From Hadesarchaea archaeon (GTDB lineage: Archaea; Hadarchaeota; Hadarchaeia; Hadarchaeales; WYZ-LMO6), in contig JAPDJF010000003.1 of NCBI GenBank assembly GCA_029259185.1, forward strand, positions 40,022-104,021: a stretch of 64,000 bases of DNA, in the 5' to 3' direction. This document shows positions 19,653 through 28,492 of the stretch, piece after piece. Within the stretch, counting starts at the first letter, position 1. Each line of letters begins with the position of its first letter. Under the pieces are notes generated by a model. The model saw only the letters and a program-made list of their open reading frames with translations. It made no database searches and had not been told where the DNA came from. The translations under genes and the position numbers were made by a program.

Positions 19653-19740
19653 CTCGACCACCGCGAGGAGACCCCGTCCGAAAGGGCTGGGAGATTTTTA
19701 GGTGAAAATGCGCGTGCGATCTTTGAAGACAGTCCAGCAG
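19653..19740 (+). mobile_element. IS200/IS605 left-end remnant H with truncated tnpB start
   Basis: First 24 nt identical to element G left end (CTCGACCACCGCGAGGAGACCCCG), follows TTCAT; then MRVRSLKTV; right boundary approximate. Confidence 0.7.
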
Positions 19741-19847
19741 GGAGAAACGGCTTGGATGTGGGCCGGATACCCGAAAACCCGAATAAGCTTGTACAGAAAT
19801 TCTTTCTGGCTCCGCGGATAGCTTTGCAGGAGCCATGAGTTCCTCCG

Positions 19848-20433
19848 CTACCTGACACTCTCTACCACCATTCTCGCTTTGTTTGAACACATACCGTAGA
19901 GCCTGCTAGAGAAGCTGGCGACGACGGAGGGGAGATCTCCGACTAACTCCTCGTGGGGAGTTCGTTCTTCTCGTTCATTTACCACTTCTATTCGAGCGCC
20001 GAGATCCTCAGCGTGATTTTTCAAATACTCAAAGCCAAAGCGGGTGAGGCGATCTTTCCACGCAACGATCACGGTATCGGCCTCGCCAGCCCTAAGCATC
20101 TCGAACACTTTTTTCAACCCCCGTCGGTTCTCGAAAGTCGCAACCACTCGTATCGCTTGCCCCTCGCGTATTCCTGAAGCATTCGTTTTTGACGTTTCAA
20201 ATCTTCTTTCTGATCTACTGAGGAAACCCGTGCGTAGGCGATAGCCCGATTTTTTGGGACTCGTTGACCGAGCAACCGTTTGATTCCGCTCTCTGGGATA
20301 CGATACCTTTTGGCCGCAGCCTGATGGCCTTGACCCTGCCCGCGTAAATCCAGCGCTTTATGGTGATGAACGAAATCTCCAAGAGCTTGGCCGCTTGCCC
20401 CGGTGGGCAGAGTTTTTCCCCTCGCATGTTCAC
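19848..20433 (-). pseudogene. tnpA: IS607 family serine-recombinase TnpA, frameshifted
   Basis: MerR-like HTH (AAKLLEISFITIKRWI), YARVSS in another frame, VAWKDRLTRFGF, SFSSRLYG. Confidence 0.85.
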
Positions 20434-20487
20434 CTGGGATATAAAAGGATATTTTAGGTAGCAGTTACATCACCTTCGACAAAGCTT

Positions 20488-20907
20488 TTAGGGGGACGTT
20501 ATGATTTTAGCTTTTCTTAGTACTTGGGAGGTCGTTTCTGTAATAATTTTTTCATTCAACTCACTCGGTGAGAACCACCTGACGTCTGAAACATCTTTCC
20601 CTCTTCTGAGCTCACCACCCATGGGTTCTCCCTCAAAGCACACTACGACGTAGTGATATCTGAGATCCCCCTTCCCATCTCTCCCAATCACGTCATACAC
20701 ACCAAACAAATCAAGCAATTTTATCTTCAGTCCCGTTTCCTCCTCCACTTCTCGGATTGCTGTGTCTCTAATACCCTCTCCTGGCTCCACTAATCCTCCA
20801 GGGAGTGCCCACAACCCTTTTCCCGGATCAGATACTCTCTTAATGAGCACTACCCTGTTTTTCCCGTCACGGATCAATGCGGAGGCTCCCACGAGTGGGC
20901 CGATCAT
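20488..20907 (-). CDS. NUDIX hydrolase
   Basis: Nudix box PGGLVEPGE...AIREVEEETG. Confidence 0.92.
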   Translation of the reverse strand: MIGPLVGASALIRDGKNRVVLIKRVSDPGKGLWALPGGLVEPGEGIRDTAIREVEEETGLKIKLLDLFGVYDVIGRDGKGDLRYHYVVVCFEGEPMGGELRRGKDVSDVRWFSPSELNEKIITETTSQVLRKAKIITSP

Positions 20908-20909
20908 CT

Positions 20910-21704
20910 CTATCCACTTGAAGCCGCTCTCTCCACCACTTCACTTAGCTCTGTCATTTTCTCTAGAATTCTCTCACCCCCCTCCGCATCGAATACAGAG
21001 ACTCCCTTGAGTTCAGCTCTAGCCACACTTTCTTCGTATGGGATAGAGTATATGGGAGGAACCCCAATTTTTTGGAGCTTCGTTGAAATGAATTCATTTT
21101 CTCTATCACGATATTTGTTTATTACCCCGAATATCTTGGTTATCCCTAGATCCTCTCCAAGCTTTTTTATCCGTCCAGCTGTTTCGATGGACCTCAGGCT
21201 CGGTTCCACCACTGTCAGGAGGATCTCCACTTTTCTCGTCGTTCCCCTTCCAAGATGTTCCACTCCAGCTTCCATGTCTAGGAGTAAAACATCAGCGACG
21301 CCTGAGAGGTGATCCACGAGTCTCCTCGCCAAGGCATTAGCTGGACAGAAACAACCCTGTCCCCCCCTTCTGATTCTTCCAACGATAAGGAGTTTAACGC
21401 CATCCTTGCATTGGACTCCGAACTTATCTAATAAATCATCGACTTTCGGATTTAATTTGAAGATCAGTCCATATCCTTCAGGTGGTGCTCCGGTTCTCTC
21501 TTCGATGAGGGAGTCTCTCTCCATCAAAGGGATCAGTTTTCTTTCCGGAACTTCCCCACCAACTCCTAAGGCCGTGATGAGATTCGGGGAAGGATCGACA
21601 TCCAGTGCAATGACTTTTTTCCCCCTTCTAGCGTAGGCTCTGGATAGTCCTGCGGCGATCGTTGTCTTTCCAACACCACCTTTTCCCGTTATGGCGATCT
21701 TCAT
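20910..21704 (-). CDS. cooC: CO dehydrogenase nickel-insertion ATPase CooC
   Basis: MKIAITGKGGVGKTT, GCFCP, DMEAGVEHLGRGT. Confidence 0.9.
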   Translation of the reverse strand: MKIAITGKGGVGKTTIAAGLSRAYARRGKKVIALDVDPSPNLITALGVGGEVPERKLIPLMERDSLIEERTGAPPEGYGLIFKLNPKVDDLLDKFGVQCKDGVKLLIVGRIRRGGQGCFCPANALARRLVDHLSGVADVLLLDMEAGVEHLGRGTTRKVEILLTVVEPSLRSIETAGRIKKLGEDLGITKIFGVINKYRDRENEFISTKLQKIGVPPIYSIPYEESVARAELKGVSVFDAEGGERILEKMTELSEVVERAASSG

Positions 21705-22620
21705 CTCGACCACCGCGAGGAGACCCCGACCTTTTGAGGCGGGGAGGAACTGCGGGGGGGTTTTAAGTGAAAATGCATATACGCTGTTCTGATGAGGCTC
21801 GCCAAGACCGTCGCGTGCAGGCTTGAGCTCAGCGACGAGGAACGGCATAAGCTCCTCGCACGCTCCAGGCTTTTCGGGATGCCTGCAACCACATCTCCAA
21901 GATCGCCTTCGAGCGCAGGGTGTTCAACCCCGTCGCCCTGCACCACATGGTTTACAGAGATACCAGGGCCAAATTCGGCCTGCCTGCGAACCTCGCAATC
22001 CGCGCCAGGGATCGGGTGGCCAAAGCATACAAGCAAAGGCGGAACAGGCTCCTCCGGTTCGACAAGCTCTCGCTCGACCTCGACGCTAGGCTCTTCCGTG
22101 TGTTCGAGAAGCCCGACGGGTGGCACGCCTCCATCGCAACGGTTCAGAAGCGGATCAAGCCCCCGCTCAAAATAGGCGAATACCAGCGGAAACTGCTCGA
22201 GGGTGTCAAGCCGACCCACGCCGTGCTCACCTACAAGAACAAGCGGTTCTTCCTGCACGTCACCGTCGAGCGAGAAGTCCCGGAGCCAAAAGGAGATAAC
22301 CCAGCCGCTGTTGATGCGGGAATGAACAATTTGCTCGTCGCTTCCAACGGCTTCAAGGTCAGGGGCAAAGGTATCCTCAAACGAAGACAGCACTTTCGAG
22401 CCTTGCGCTCCTCCCTCCAAGCCAAAGGCAAGCCGTCTGCCAAGCGCGGGCTGAAACGGCTCGGCTCGAAGGAGGGGAGATGGGTTGCTCGCGTGAACTT
22501 GGAGCGGAGAGCCGGCTCTCCCTCCATGGGCCGCCCCGTCAACCGGCCCTATGCGGGTTTGAGTGTCTTCGGACATGATGATCACCCTGCAAGCCCATCC
22601 TTTAGGGAAGGGTAGTTGAC
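21705..22620 (+). mobile_element. tnpB: IS200/IS605 (tnpB-only) element G with frameshifted, internally deleted tnpB
   Basis: Follows TTCAT, left hairpin. tnpB starts at 21792 (MRLAKTV), shifts frame, keeps RuvC-I AVDAG, lacks the RuvC-II/Zn-finger segment. Right end CCCATCCTTTAGGGAAGGGTAGTTGAC. Confidence 0.88.
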
Positions 22621-22664
22621 CTTCTTAACCAAATACTTTAAGAACTCAAAACTGTTACGTTCAC

Positions 22665-22891
22665 TTTCCCTCGCGCTTCGCGGAAGCTTTCCCCGCTTTA
22701 GCGGTGCTCTAGCCCCTGCTTCATCCACCGACCCGATCCCATCCCCCTTCGGGCGGTTACGGAGATCCAATGTCCATCCTACCCGCGTCGTGGAGGTTTA
22801 CAGGCGTTGGGTTCGGGGTGGCCCTCTCCACCTCCCGGAAGATTTTCGGCTCTCATCCCCAGCTCTCGCAGGGAACTTTCCGCTGACAGAA
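22665..22891 (-). mobile_element. non-autonomous IS200/IS605 element C with omegaRNA-like scaffold, right-end hairpin lost
   Basis: Follows TTTAA; long identical stretches with 31771-32065. Confidence 0.8.
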
Positions 22892-22927
22892 TTAAAATAG
22901 GAGACATCACAACATTGCTTTGGAAGC

Positions 22928-23338
22928 ATGGGAGAGAAAATAGCGAGAATAAGCATCACTTTGCCCCAAGAGCTCCTTAAGGAACTCGATAAATCATTGA
23001 GGGCTCAACGATATGCAAGCCGGTCTGAGGCGATAAGAGATGCGGTCAGAGACTTCTTGGCGGCATACAAGTGGCGAACGGAGTTAAGGGGAGAACAGTT
23101 GGGAGTTATCGTCCTCCTTTATGATCACCATACCCGCGGGCTTACGGATGTGATCACCGAGATCCAGCACGAAAAAAGTGAGGTGATAAGAGCCTCCCAG
23201 CATATGCACATCGATCAGGAAAACTGTATGGAAACCTTGATGGTAAAGGGACCATCGGAAGAGATAAAACGACTGGTAGATAGGCTAGGGGCACTACGTG
23301 GAGTCAAGCAAGCTAAGCTCATAGTGGTATCGTCTTAG
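22928..23338 (+). CDS. nikR: nickel-responsive regulator NikR
   Basis: RHH RISITLP..SRSEAIRDA, YDHH, HMHI...CME. Confidence 0.93.
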   Translation: MGEKIARISITLPQELLKELDKSLRAQRYASRSEAIRDAVRDFLAAYKWRTELRGEQLGVIVLLYDHHTRGLTDVITEIQHEKSEVIRASQHMHIDQENCMETLMVKGPSEEIKRLVDRLGALRGVKQAKLIVVSS

Positions 23339-23523
23339 GTGAACTACCGCACCGCTAAGGCGGTGGGCCTCTTGCTTCAACGATGAGGCTCGATCCCCCT
23401 TGGAAGGACGGGTTACGGAGGTCTTGACCTCACGGGCGTTCGTTCGGGCCGTTAGCTATTGCGGAATCGGCCCTCGGCACGCATTCGCCCCACGGCTAAA
23501 GCGCGCGGGGTTTCGATCCCGTT
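23339..23523 (-). mobile_element. non-autonomous IS200/IS605 element B with omegaRNA-like scaffold
   Basis: Follows TTTAG, homologous to element A, ends GGTAGTTCAC directly abutting the nikR stop. Confidence 0.82.
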
Positions 23524-23679
23524 CTAAATTTTCGATCCGGAGTCCTTTAGCCTTTTTTTGGAAATCTTTCTAACCTCTTCCCACTCTTTCATTGATTCTA
23601 ATTTTTTCTTCTTTCGAAAAGCCTCCATTATTTTGTTTTCTTCCATGGCTACTTCAATATCCCCACTTTCACATCCCAA
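23524..23679 (-). CDS. 51-aa lysine-rich hypothetical protein
   Basis: TTG start 5 nt after GGTGA SD; MGCESGDIEVAMEENKIMEAFRKKKKLESMKEWEEVRKISKKRLKDSGSKI. Confidence 0.45.
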   Translation of the reverse strand: MGCESGDIEVAMEENKIMEAFRKKKKLESMKEWEEVRKISKKRLKDSGSKI

Positions 23680-23724
23680 CTACATCACCATCCTCCTTTT
23701 TCCTAGACTCTTAACCGTAATATA

Positions 23725-23746
23725 TTTATGTGCATTTGCACATAAA
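23725..23746. promoter_or_regulatory. perfect palindromic operator
   Basis: TTTATGTGCA-TT-TGCACATAAA next to an AT-rich TATA-like tract upstream of the DUF5320-like gene. Confidence 0.65.
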
Positions 23747-23761
23747 GGGGAAGGTGAAAAA

Positions 23762-23956
23762 ATGTGGTGGTCTGGTTTCGGAAGAGGTCGGGGCTGGTAT
23801 GGGCCTTGGCCGGGAAGGGGACCGTTCAGCTACCTCCCACCTTGGCAGAGGCCGGGGTGGATTTTCGGTAGAGGAGCCTGCTGGTGGCTTCTCGGGCCGT
23901 GGGCTGGGTGGTACTACTACACACCCTATTACGGATTGCCTCTCTACCCCCTCTGA
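23762..23956 (+). CDS. DUF5320-like small Gly/Trp/Pro-rich protein
   Basis: GRGRG...GPWPGRGPFSYLPPWQRPGW motif; GGTGA SD. Confidence 0.65.
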   Translation: MWWSGFGRGRGWYGPWPGRGPFSYLPPWQRPGWIFGRGACWWLLGPWAGWYYYTPYYGLPLYPL

Positions 23957-24019
23957 TCTGGGGGGTTGGAGCTTGAGAGGTAGCACCAGCAGCTTACTAG
24001 GTGAGAGGAGAGTAGGTGT

Positions 24020-24673
24020 TTGAAAGCTCGGAGCGGATCGGAATCATACAAATACCATGAGCCTATATTACTTTTGATGGGGCTAGAAGTCCTGATCTTG
24101 CTACGGGGGGAATACACCCAAGAAAACCTAGCTCTTCCAGCTACTATGGCTTGTAACATCACTGAGGAGGGAGAGACCCTCTTAGTCCCCTTTCCGTTGG
24201 ATTCTCCCCGATACTTCCGGTGTGACTCTCCCCCCACCAAGTATACGGTCCCTCCCGCGATCAGAGATCTCGATTTCGAGGTAATCCTCAGTGATTGGGA
24301 GAGTGGATGTCTGGACGTGGGCAAGGCAGTCGTGATATGCGGATTGAGGGGGGAGAAACTGAAGCCAAGATATGTAAGGGAGAGGGGAATCCCATGTCAA
24401 GAGAACATTCTATTCTACACGAGGGGATACACGAGGATCACGGCCCAACCCCATGGAGATATAACCATCGAGAGGTTTACCCCAAGATTGACTAAGGAAA
24501 AGGAAGTAATAGAGATAAATCATGAGGCATTATGGAGTGGAAATCGAAAAGATCTCCCAGAGGAACTTTCATGTTATAAACCCGCAGTAGAGGCGGCGGT
24601 AGAAAAAGCTAACTGTCCCAGTTGTAGAGAACCCCATTACGCGTTGAGCAATTCAAGGTTGGGTAAATCTTAA
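24020..24673 (+). CDS. hypothetical protein with C-terminal CxxC...H
   Basis: 217-aa ORF ending KANCPSCREPHY. Confidence 0.55.
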   Translation: MKARSGSESYKYHEPILLLMGLEVLILLRGEYTQENLALPATMACNITEEGETLLVPFPLDSPRYFRCDSPPTKYTVPPAIRDLDFEVILSDWESGCLDVGKAVVICGLRGEKLKPRYVRERGIPCQENILFYTRGYTRITAQPHGDITIERFTPRLTKEKEVIEINHEALWSGNRKDLPEELSCYKPAVEAAVEKANCPSCREPHYALSNSRLGKS

Positions 24674-24677
24674 TACT

Positions 24678-25355
24678 ATGTTCAAAATACCCATTCTAAT
24701 GTCGGAGCTGAAGCTTGTCCTTGAGGCTCTGCTCGATTTCAAAGGGGAAAAAATAAGAGACTTTTGTGAGCGGAAACTTGGGGAAGGAACGAGCGCATAC
24801 GAGATACTCCAAGAACTCAATCGGGGTTTGGATGAGATAGGGAAAGGATATGAAAATAAAGAGTTCAGAAGATACTTCGAATCAGACCTGATCGTTTCTG
24901 GAGCTAACATGAGGAGGGCCATAGAAATCTTAAAACCCGAACTTGAGAAGGAGGCGAGGAAAGAAACGAAGAGAAGGGGAAAAGTGCTCATCGGCACCGT
25001 GAAGGGGGACGTACACGATATCGGTAAAACAATTGCAGGTATCGTTTTACAATCGAACGGATTCGAGATCATAGATCTCGGTACGGATGTGGATAAAGCG
25101 ACATTCGTAAATAAGGTAAGAGAACTCAAGCCTGACATCGTGGGCATGTCGGCACTCCTCTCATCCACCGTGCCTTACATGGGGGAAGTGATCAAGGCCT
25201 TGGAAGCTGAAGGGTTGAGGAACAGAGTTAAGGTGATAGTGGGTGGCAGAGCCGTGAGCAAGGAGTTCGCCGAGCGGATAGGAGCTGATGCGTATGCAGA
25301 AGATGCGATAGACGGGCTAAAAAAGTGTATTTCTCTCATGGAGGGGAAAGAGTGA
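24678..25355 (+). CDS. corrinoid (B12-binding) protein, methyltransferase-cognate type
   Basis: GTVKGDVHDIGK (DxHxxG), VGMSAL, VIVGG, ADAYAEDA; N-terminal cap domain. Confidence 0.9.
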   Translation: MFKIPILMSELKLVLEALLDFKGEKIRDFCERKLGEGTSAYEILQELNRGLDEIGKGYENKEFRRYFESDLIVSGANMRRAIEILKPELEKEARKETKRRGKVLIGTVKGDVHDIGKTIAGIVLQSNGFEIIDLGTDVDKATFVNKVRELKPDIVGMSALLSSTVPYMGEVIKALEAEGLRNRVKVIVGGRAVSKEFAERIGADAYAEDAIDGLKKCISLMEGKE

Positions 25356-26260
25356 GAATTTACATCATCTATAGGGGACCTTTCGGCGAGCAGATCACGA
25401 ACAATCTCGCGCTTAAGGGATTCGCTGAAATGATCTCTGGAATTTACGAGCTGAAGCCCGAAACGATAGAGGAAGAGTATCAAGAGGAGGATCTTTGGAA
25501 CAAGGTGTGGGAGGAACCAGCCAAGTACGTCCCCAAGAGTTTACCTATCAAAAGGTGTGATCTCCTGCTGGTTTTGGGCATCCATTCTAAACTTGGTGAC
25601 TTTATTCCCCCTATAGCGGAGAAACTGGGGGCCAAAGCCGTACTTTACCCAATAGATGATAAGCAACACGCTCCCGAAGCTAGGAAAACGGTGGAAGAGG
25701 ATCTGAGAGCGAAGGGAATACACGTGGAATTTCCAGAGCCATTTTGTGTTCTGGAGGGGAGTGAGGATCCCATGATAAACGAGTTTGCACAACACTTTGG
25801 GAGACCGAAATTCAAGATAATCTCAGAAGGGAGCACTATTCACTCCGTAGAGGTGTTGAGGGACACCCCCTGTGGCTCGGCGACTTCTGTAGCAAAAAAA
25901 ATGGTGGGGTTCAGTTGTGCGAATCTGAAGGCCTTAAAAGAAAAGCTGTTTAGTGAACACCACAACGAAGAGAACGAAAATTACTGTCTAGCGGAAATGG
26001 ATCCCCTCCATCCCTACATGCAGGAAGCTGGTGACATACTAGTGGATGCTTTCTTCGAGGCCTGTGGCGTTCCCACCCTCCAAGAACTTATCTTGAAAGA
26101 AATAGAATCGACCGGGAAGCTGGATCTTTCAATCCTCAAGAGTAAATTCGTCGATGAGGAGAAACGATGTGAAACGGGTATGACTATCGAGCGAGTTGTT
26201 GATGAGCTAGTTCGGAAAGGAAAGATACCGAGGGACTTGCTTCACTCCCATACCGAGTGA
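25352..26260 (+). CDS. DUF166 family protein
   Basis: FPEPFCVL, FGRPKF, VLRDTPCGS, CLA motifs; GTGA overlap with the corrinoid gene. Confidence 0.7.
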   Translation: MRIYIIYRGPFGEQITNNLALKGFAEMISGIYELKPETIEEEYQEEDLWNKVWEEPAKYVPKSLPIKRCDLLLVLGIHSKLGDFIPPIAEKLGAKAVLYPIDDKQHAPEARKTVEEDLRAKGIHVEFPEPFCVLEGSEDPMINEFAQHFGRPKFKIISEGSTIHSVEVLRDTPCGSATSVAKKMVGFSCANLKALKEKLFSEHHNEENENYCLAEMDPLHPYMQEAGDILVDAFFEACGVPTLQELILKEIESTGKLDLSILKSKFVDEEKRCETGMTIERVVDELVRKGKIPRDLLHSHTE

Positions 26261-26277
26261 ACTCGGTTAGAAACTAG

Positions 26278-27891
26278 TCAGGGGGAGGTGCACTGGTCGA
26301 ACACTAGTTCACCCATGAGTCTGTAGAGGAAGTTGCTCTCCGATTCGAGGTTCAAATGCTCGATCCGGCTTACCATTTCTTCCACTTCTTTTCGTTTCTT
26401 CCTCGAGACCAACACCTGTCGGGCCCCCTCTAGTGCCGCATTCCCCACCCGTTCGACCCTACTGAGGGAAACTTCAGGGAGTAGACCTATCCGGTAAGAG
26501 TTTTCTACGTTTATGTAGTTTCCGAATGCCCCGGCGAGGTAAATCTTTTTTACCTCACCTAGGCTGGTCCCATATTTCTCCAGAAGCACCTTATTTCCCA
26601 CACAAACCGCCGCTTTCGCGAGCTTCAGCTTGTCTATATCCTCCCCATCTATTTTTATGGGTCTCTCTCCGGCGACTACCACGAATTCCCGCCCGCCCTT
26701 TTTGAATTTTCCTGTTTTGTCTATTATCCCACGATCCAGCATCTGGGCCAGGATATCGATCAGGCCAGATCCACATATCCCCACGGGTGGGAGGTCACCT
26801 ATGGTCTCGTATCGAACCCGCATGCTTTCGTCTATTTCTACCTTGTGTATTGCCCCCTCTACTGCCCCACTCCCACATTTTATCCCGCTTCCCTCGAAGG
26901 CGGGTCCGGAGGCGCATGAGGTGGCGATCATCCTATCTTTATTTCCTATCACTATCTCGGTGTTGGTTCCTATGTCTATCATCATGCTCACCTCTCGCCT
27001 CTTGTGCATCCCTGTAGCTAAAATGGCAGCAGAGGTGTCGGCCCCCACGAAACCCCCGATGAGGGGAAGAGCATAGACGTTTCCCTTGGGATTCATCTTT
27101 ATTCCTAGCTCTCCTCCACTTCTGTTCACGGGATCTTTGGTGAACGGCTCAAACGGGGCCACCCCTAGAGAATCCACCGGGTGGCCTAGGAAGAGATCCC
27201 TCATCGTTGAGTTTCCTACCACGACCATCTCGTATACGTGCTGCGGATCGACTTTCAGCCCCTCGATCATCTCGTTCACCCCACTTCTCACAACGGTCTC
27301 CAGTTTGTGCTGCTTTTTCTCCCGAGCACGGGTTATCCTGGCGATGACATCGCTTCCATACACTTCTTGAGGGTTCTTCATAGCAGTAGTCCCCACGATG
27401 AGTCCTTTTTCTAAATCCACGCAGTACATCGCTAGTGTGGTTGTTCCAATATCCAGAGCTAGCCCGAGCATCTCCCCCTCATAATCCCCGATCTCCCTCA
27501 CAATTCCATTCCACTCCCAGCGCACCCTCCGTGTTTCTCCTTCACCACCAACTACACCTATCACCGGTTCGAGGGGTACTGGAACGACCTTGCCTCTCTC
27601 CAGCACCTTGTACCTCCGCTTTGGGACTTCCACGTATATGTTTGCATCTTCTTTCTCCACTCTGGCTTGGCAGGCGAGTCTGTATCCGGTTTCTTTGATG
27701 AACTTCTTTTCGATGTCTCCGGGTTCGTTCAGCCCTTCTCCTTCTACTTTTACCACACACTGGCCACACGCTCCGATGCCTCCGCAGAGGGAGCTTATGT
27801 CTATCCCGAGTTCTTGGCAATAAGAGAGGATCGTCTTGCCCTTGGTCAGTTTCGCTTCCTTTCCGTAGTTCCGAAAAAAAATCTTCCCCAA
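26278..27891 (-). CDS. ASKHA-domain ATP-dependent corrinoid reductive activator (RACo/AcsV-like) with N-terminal [2Fe-2S] domain
   Basis: CGGIGACGQC..RLACQ, LDIGTTT, IDIGTNTE, GPAFEG, GICGSG, LAGAFG. Confidence 0.88.
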   Translation of the reverse strand: MGKIFFRNYGKEAKLTKGKTILSYCQELGIDISSLCGGIGACGQCVVKVEGEGLNEPGDIEKKFIKETGYRLACQARVEKEDANIYVEVPKRRYKVLERGKVVPVPLEPVIGVVGGEGETRRVRWEWNGIVREIGDYEGEMLGLALDIGTTTLAMYCVDLEKGLIVGTTAMKNPQEVYGSDVIARITRAREKKQHKLETVVRSGVNEMIEGLKVDPQHVYEMVVVGNSTMRDLFLGHPVDSLGVAPFEPFTKDPVNRSGGELGIKMNPKGNVYALPLIGGFVGADTSAAILATGMHKRREVSMMIDIGTNTEIVIGNKDRMIATSCASGPAFEGSGIKCGSGAVEGAIHKVEIDESMRVRYETIGDLPPVGICGSGLIDILAQMLDRGIIDKTGKFKKGGREFVVVAGERPIKIDGEDIDKLKLAKAAVCVGNKVLLEKYGTSLGEVKKIYLAGAFGNYINVENSYRIGLLPEVSLSRVERVGNAALEGARQVLVSRKKRKEVEEMVSRIEHLNLESESNFLYRLMGELVFDQCTSP

Positions 27892-28072
27892 TCTCTCCCC
27901 TCTAACAAACACTTTTCTTGGATTTAATCTCACCGGCAAGAGGCTTTGTGGTGGATGAGCGGAGATTCGTTCCAAGTATTCGGATTTCAGCGATCACCAT
28001 ACCAAAAGTTTTTATGTGCAATAGCTAAAAAACATAAGCTTAAAGATGGATGAGTAAAAGGGGGGAAGGGCC

Positions 28073-28492
28073 GTGAATGGACATGAACCGAGGATTATAG
28101 CTTTCTTCTGCAACTTCTGCTCCTATTTAGCAGCAGATATGGCTGGAGTGAGCAGGATCCAGTATCCGCCGAACGTGCGGATTATCCGACTGATGTGTAC
28201 AGGAAGATTGAGTCCTCTTTATATTCTAGAAGCGTTCGCGCGAGGTGCTGACGGGGTGTTGGTGGCGGGATGCCATCCCGGTGATTGTCACTTCATAAAA
28301 GGAAACCTGTATGCGAGGAGGAGAGTTTCCATGTTGAAGAAACTGCTTGAGATGATGGGGATAGACCCGAGGAGACTCCGACTCGAGTGGGTTTCAGCCT
28401 CCGAAGGAAACAAACTCGCGAACGTGATCAAGGAATTCGTTGAAGAAGTTAGATCGCTCGGAGCCAACCCGCTGAAGGAGGTTAACGCGTGA
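28073..28492 (+). CDS. mvhD: hydrogenase iron-sulfur subunit MvhD
   Basis: CNFCSY.AAD, MCTGR, GCHPGDCHF, WVSASEG. Confidence 0.93.
   Translation: MNGHEPRIIAFFCNFCSYLAADMAGVSRIQYPPNVRIIRLMCTGRLSPLYILEAFARGADGVLVAGCHPGDCHFIKGNLYARRRVSMLKKLLEMMGIDPRRLRLEWVSASEGNKLANVIKEFVEEVRSLGANPLKEVNA

Noticed and set aside
21792-22615. Element G tnpB as a domesticated nuclease-dead regulator or Cas12f
   Set aside because: Early frameshift and deletion of the RuvC-II/Zn-finger region indicate a pseudogene.
22621-22927. NikR operator between cooC and nikR
   Set aside because: Only one TGTTAC half-site seen, no convincing palindrome, and the region is disrupted by element C.
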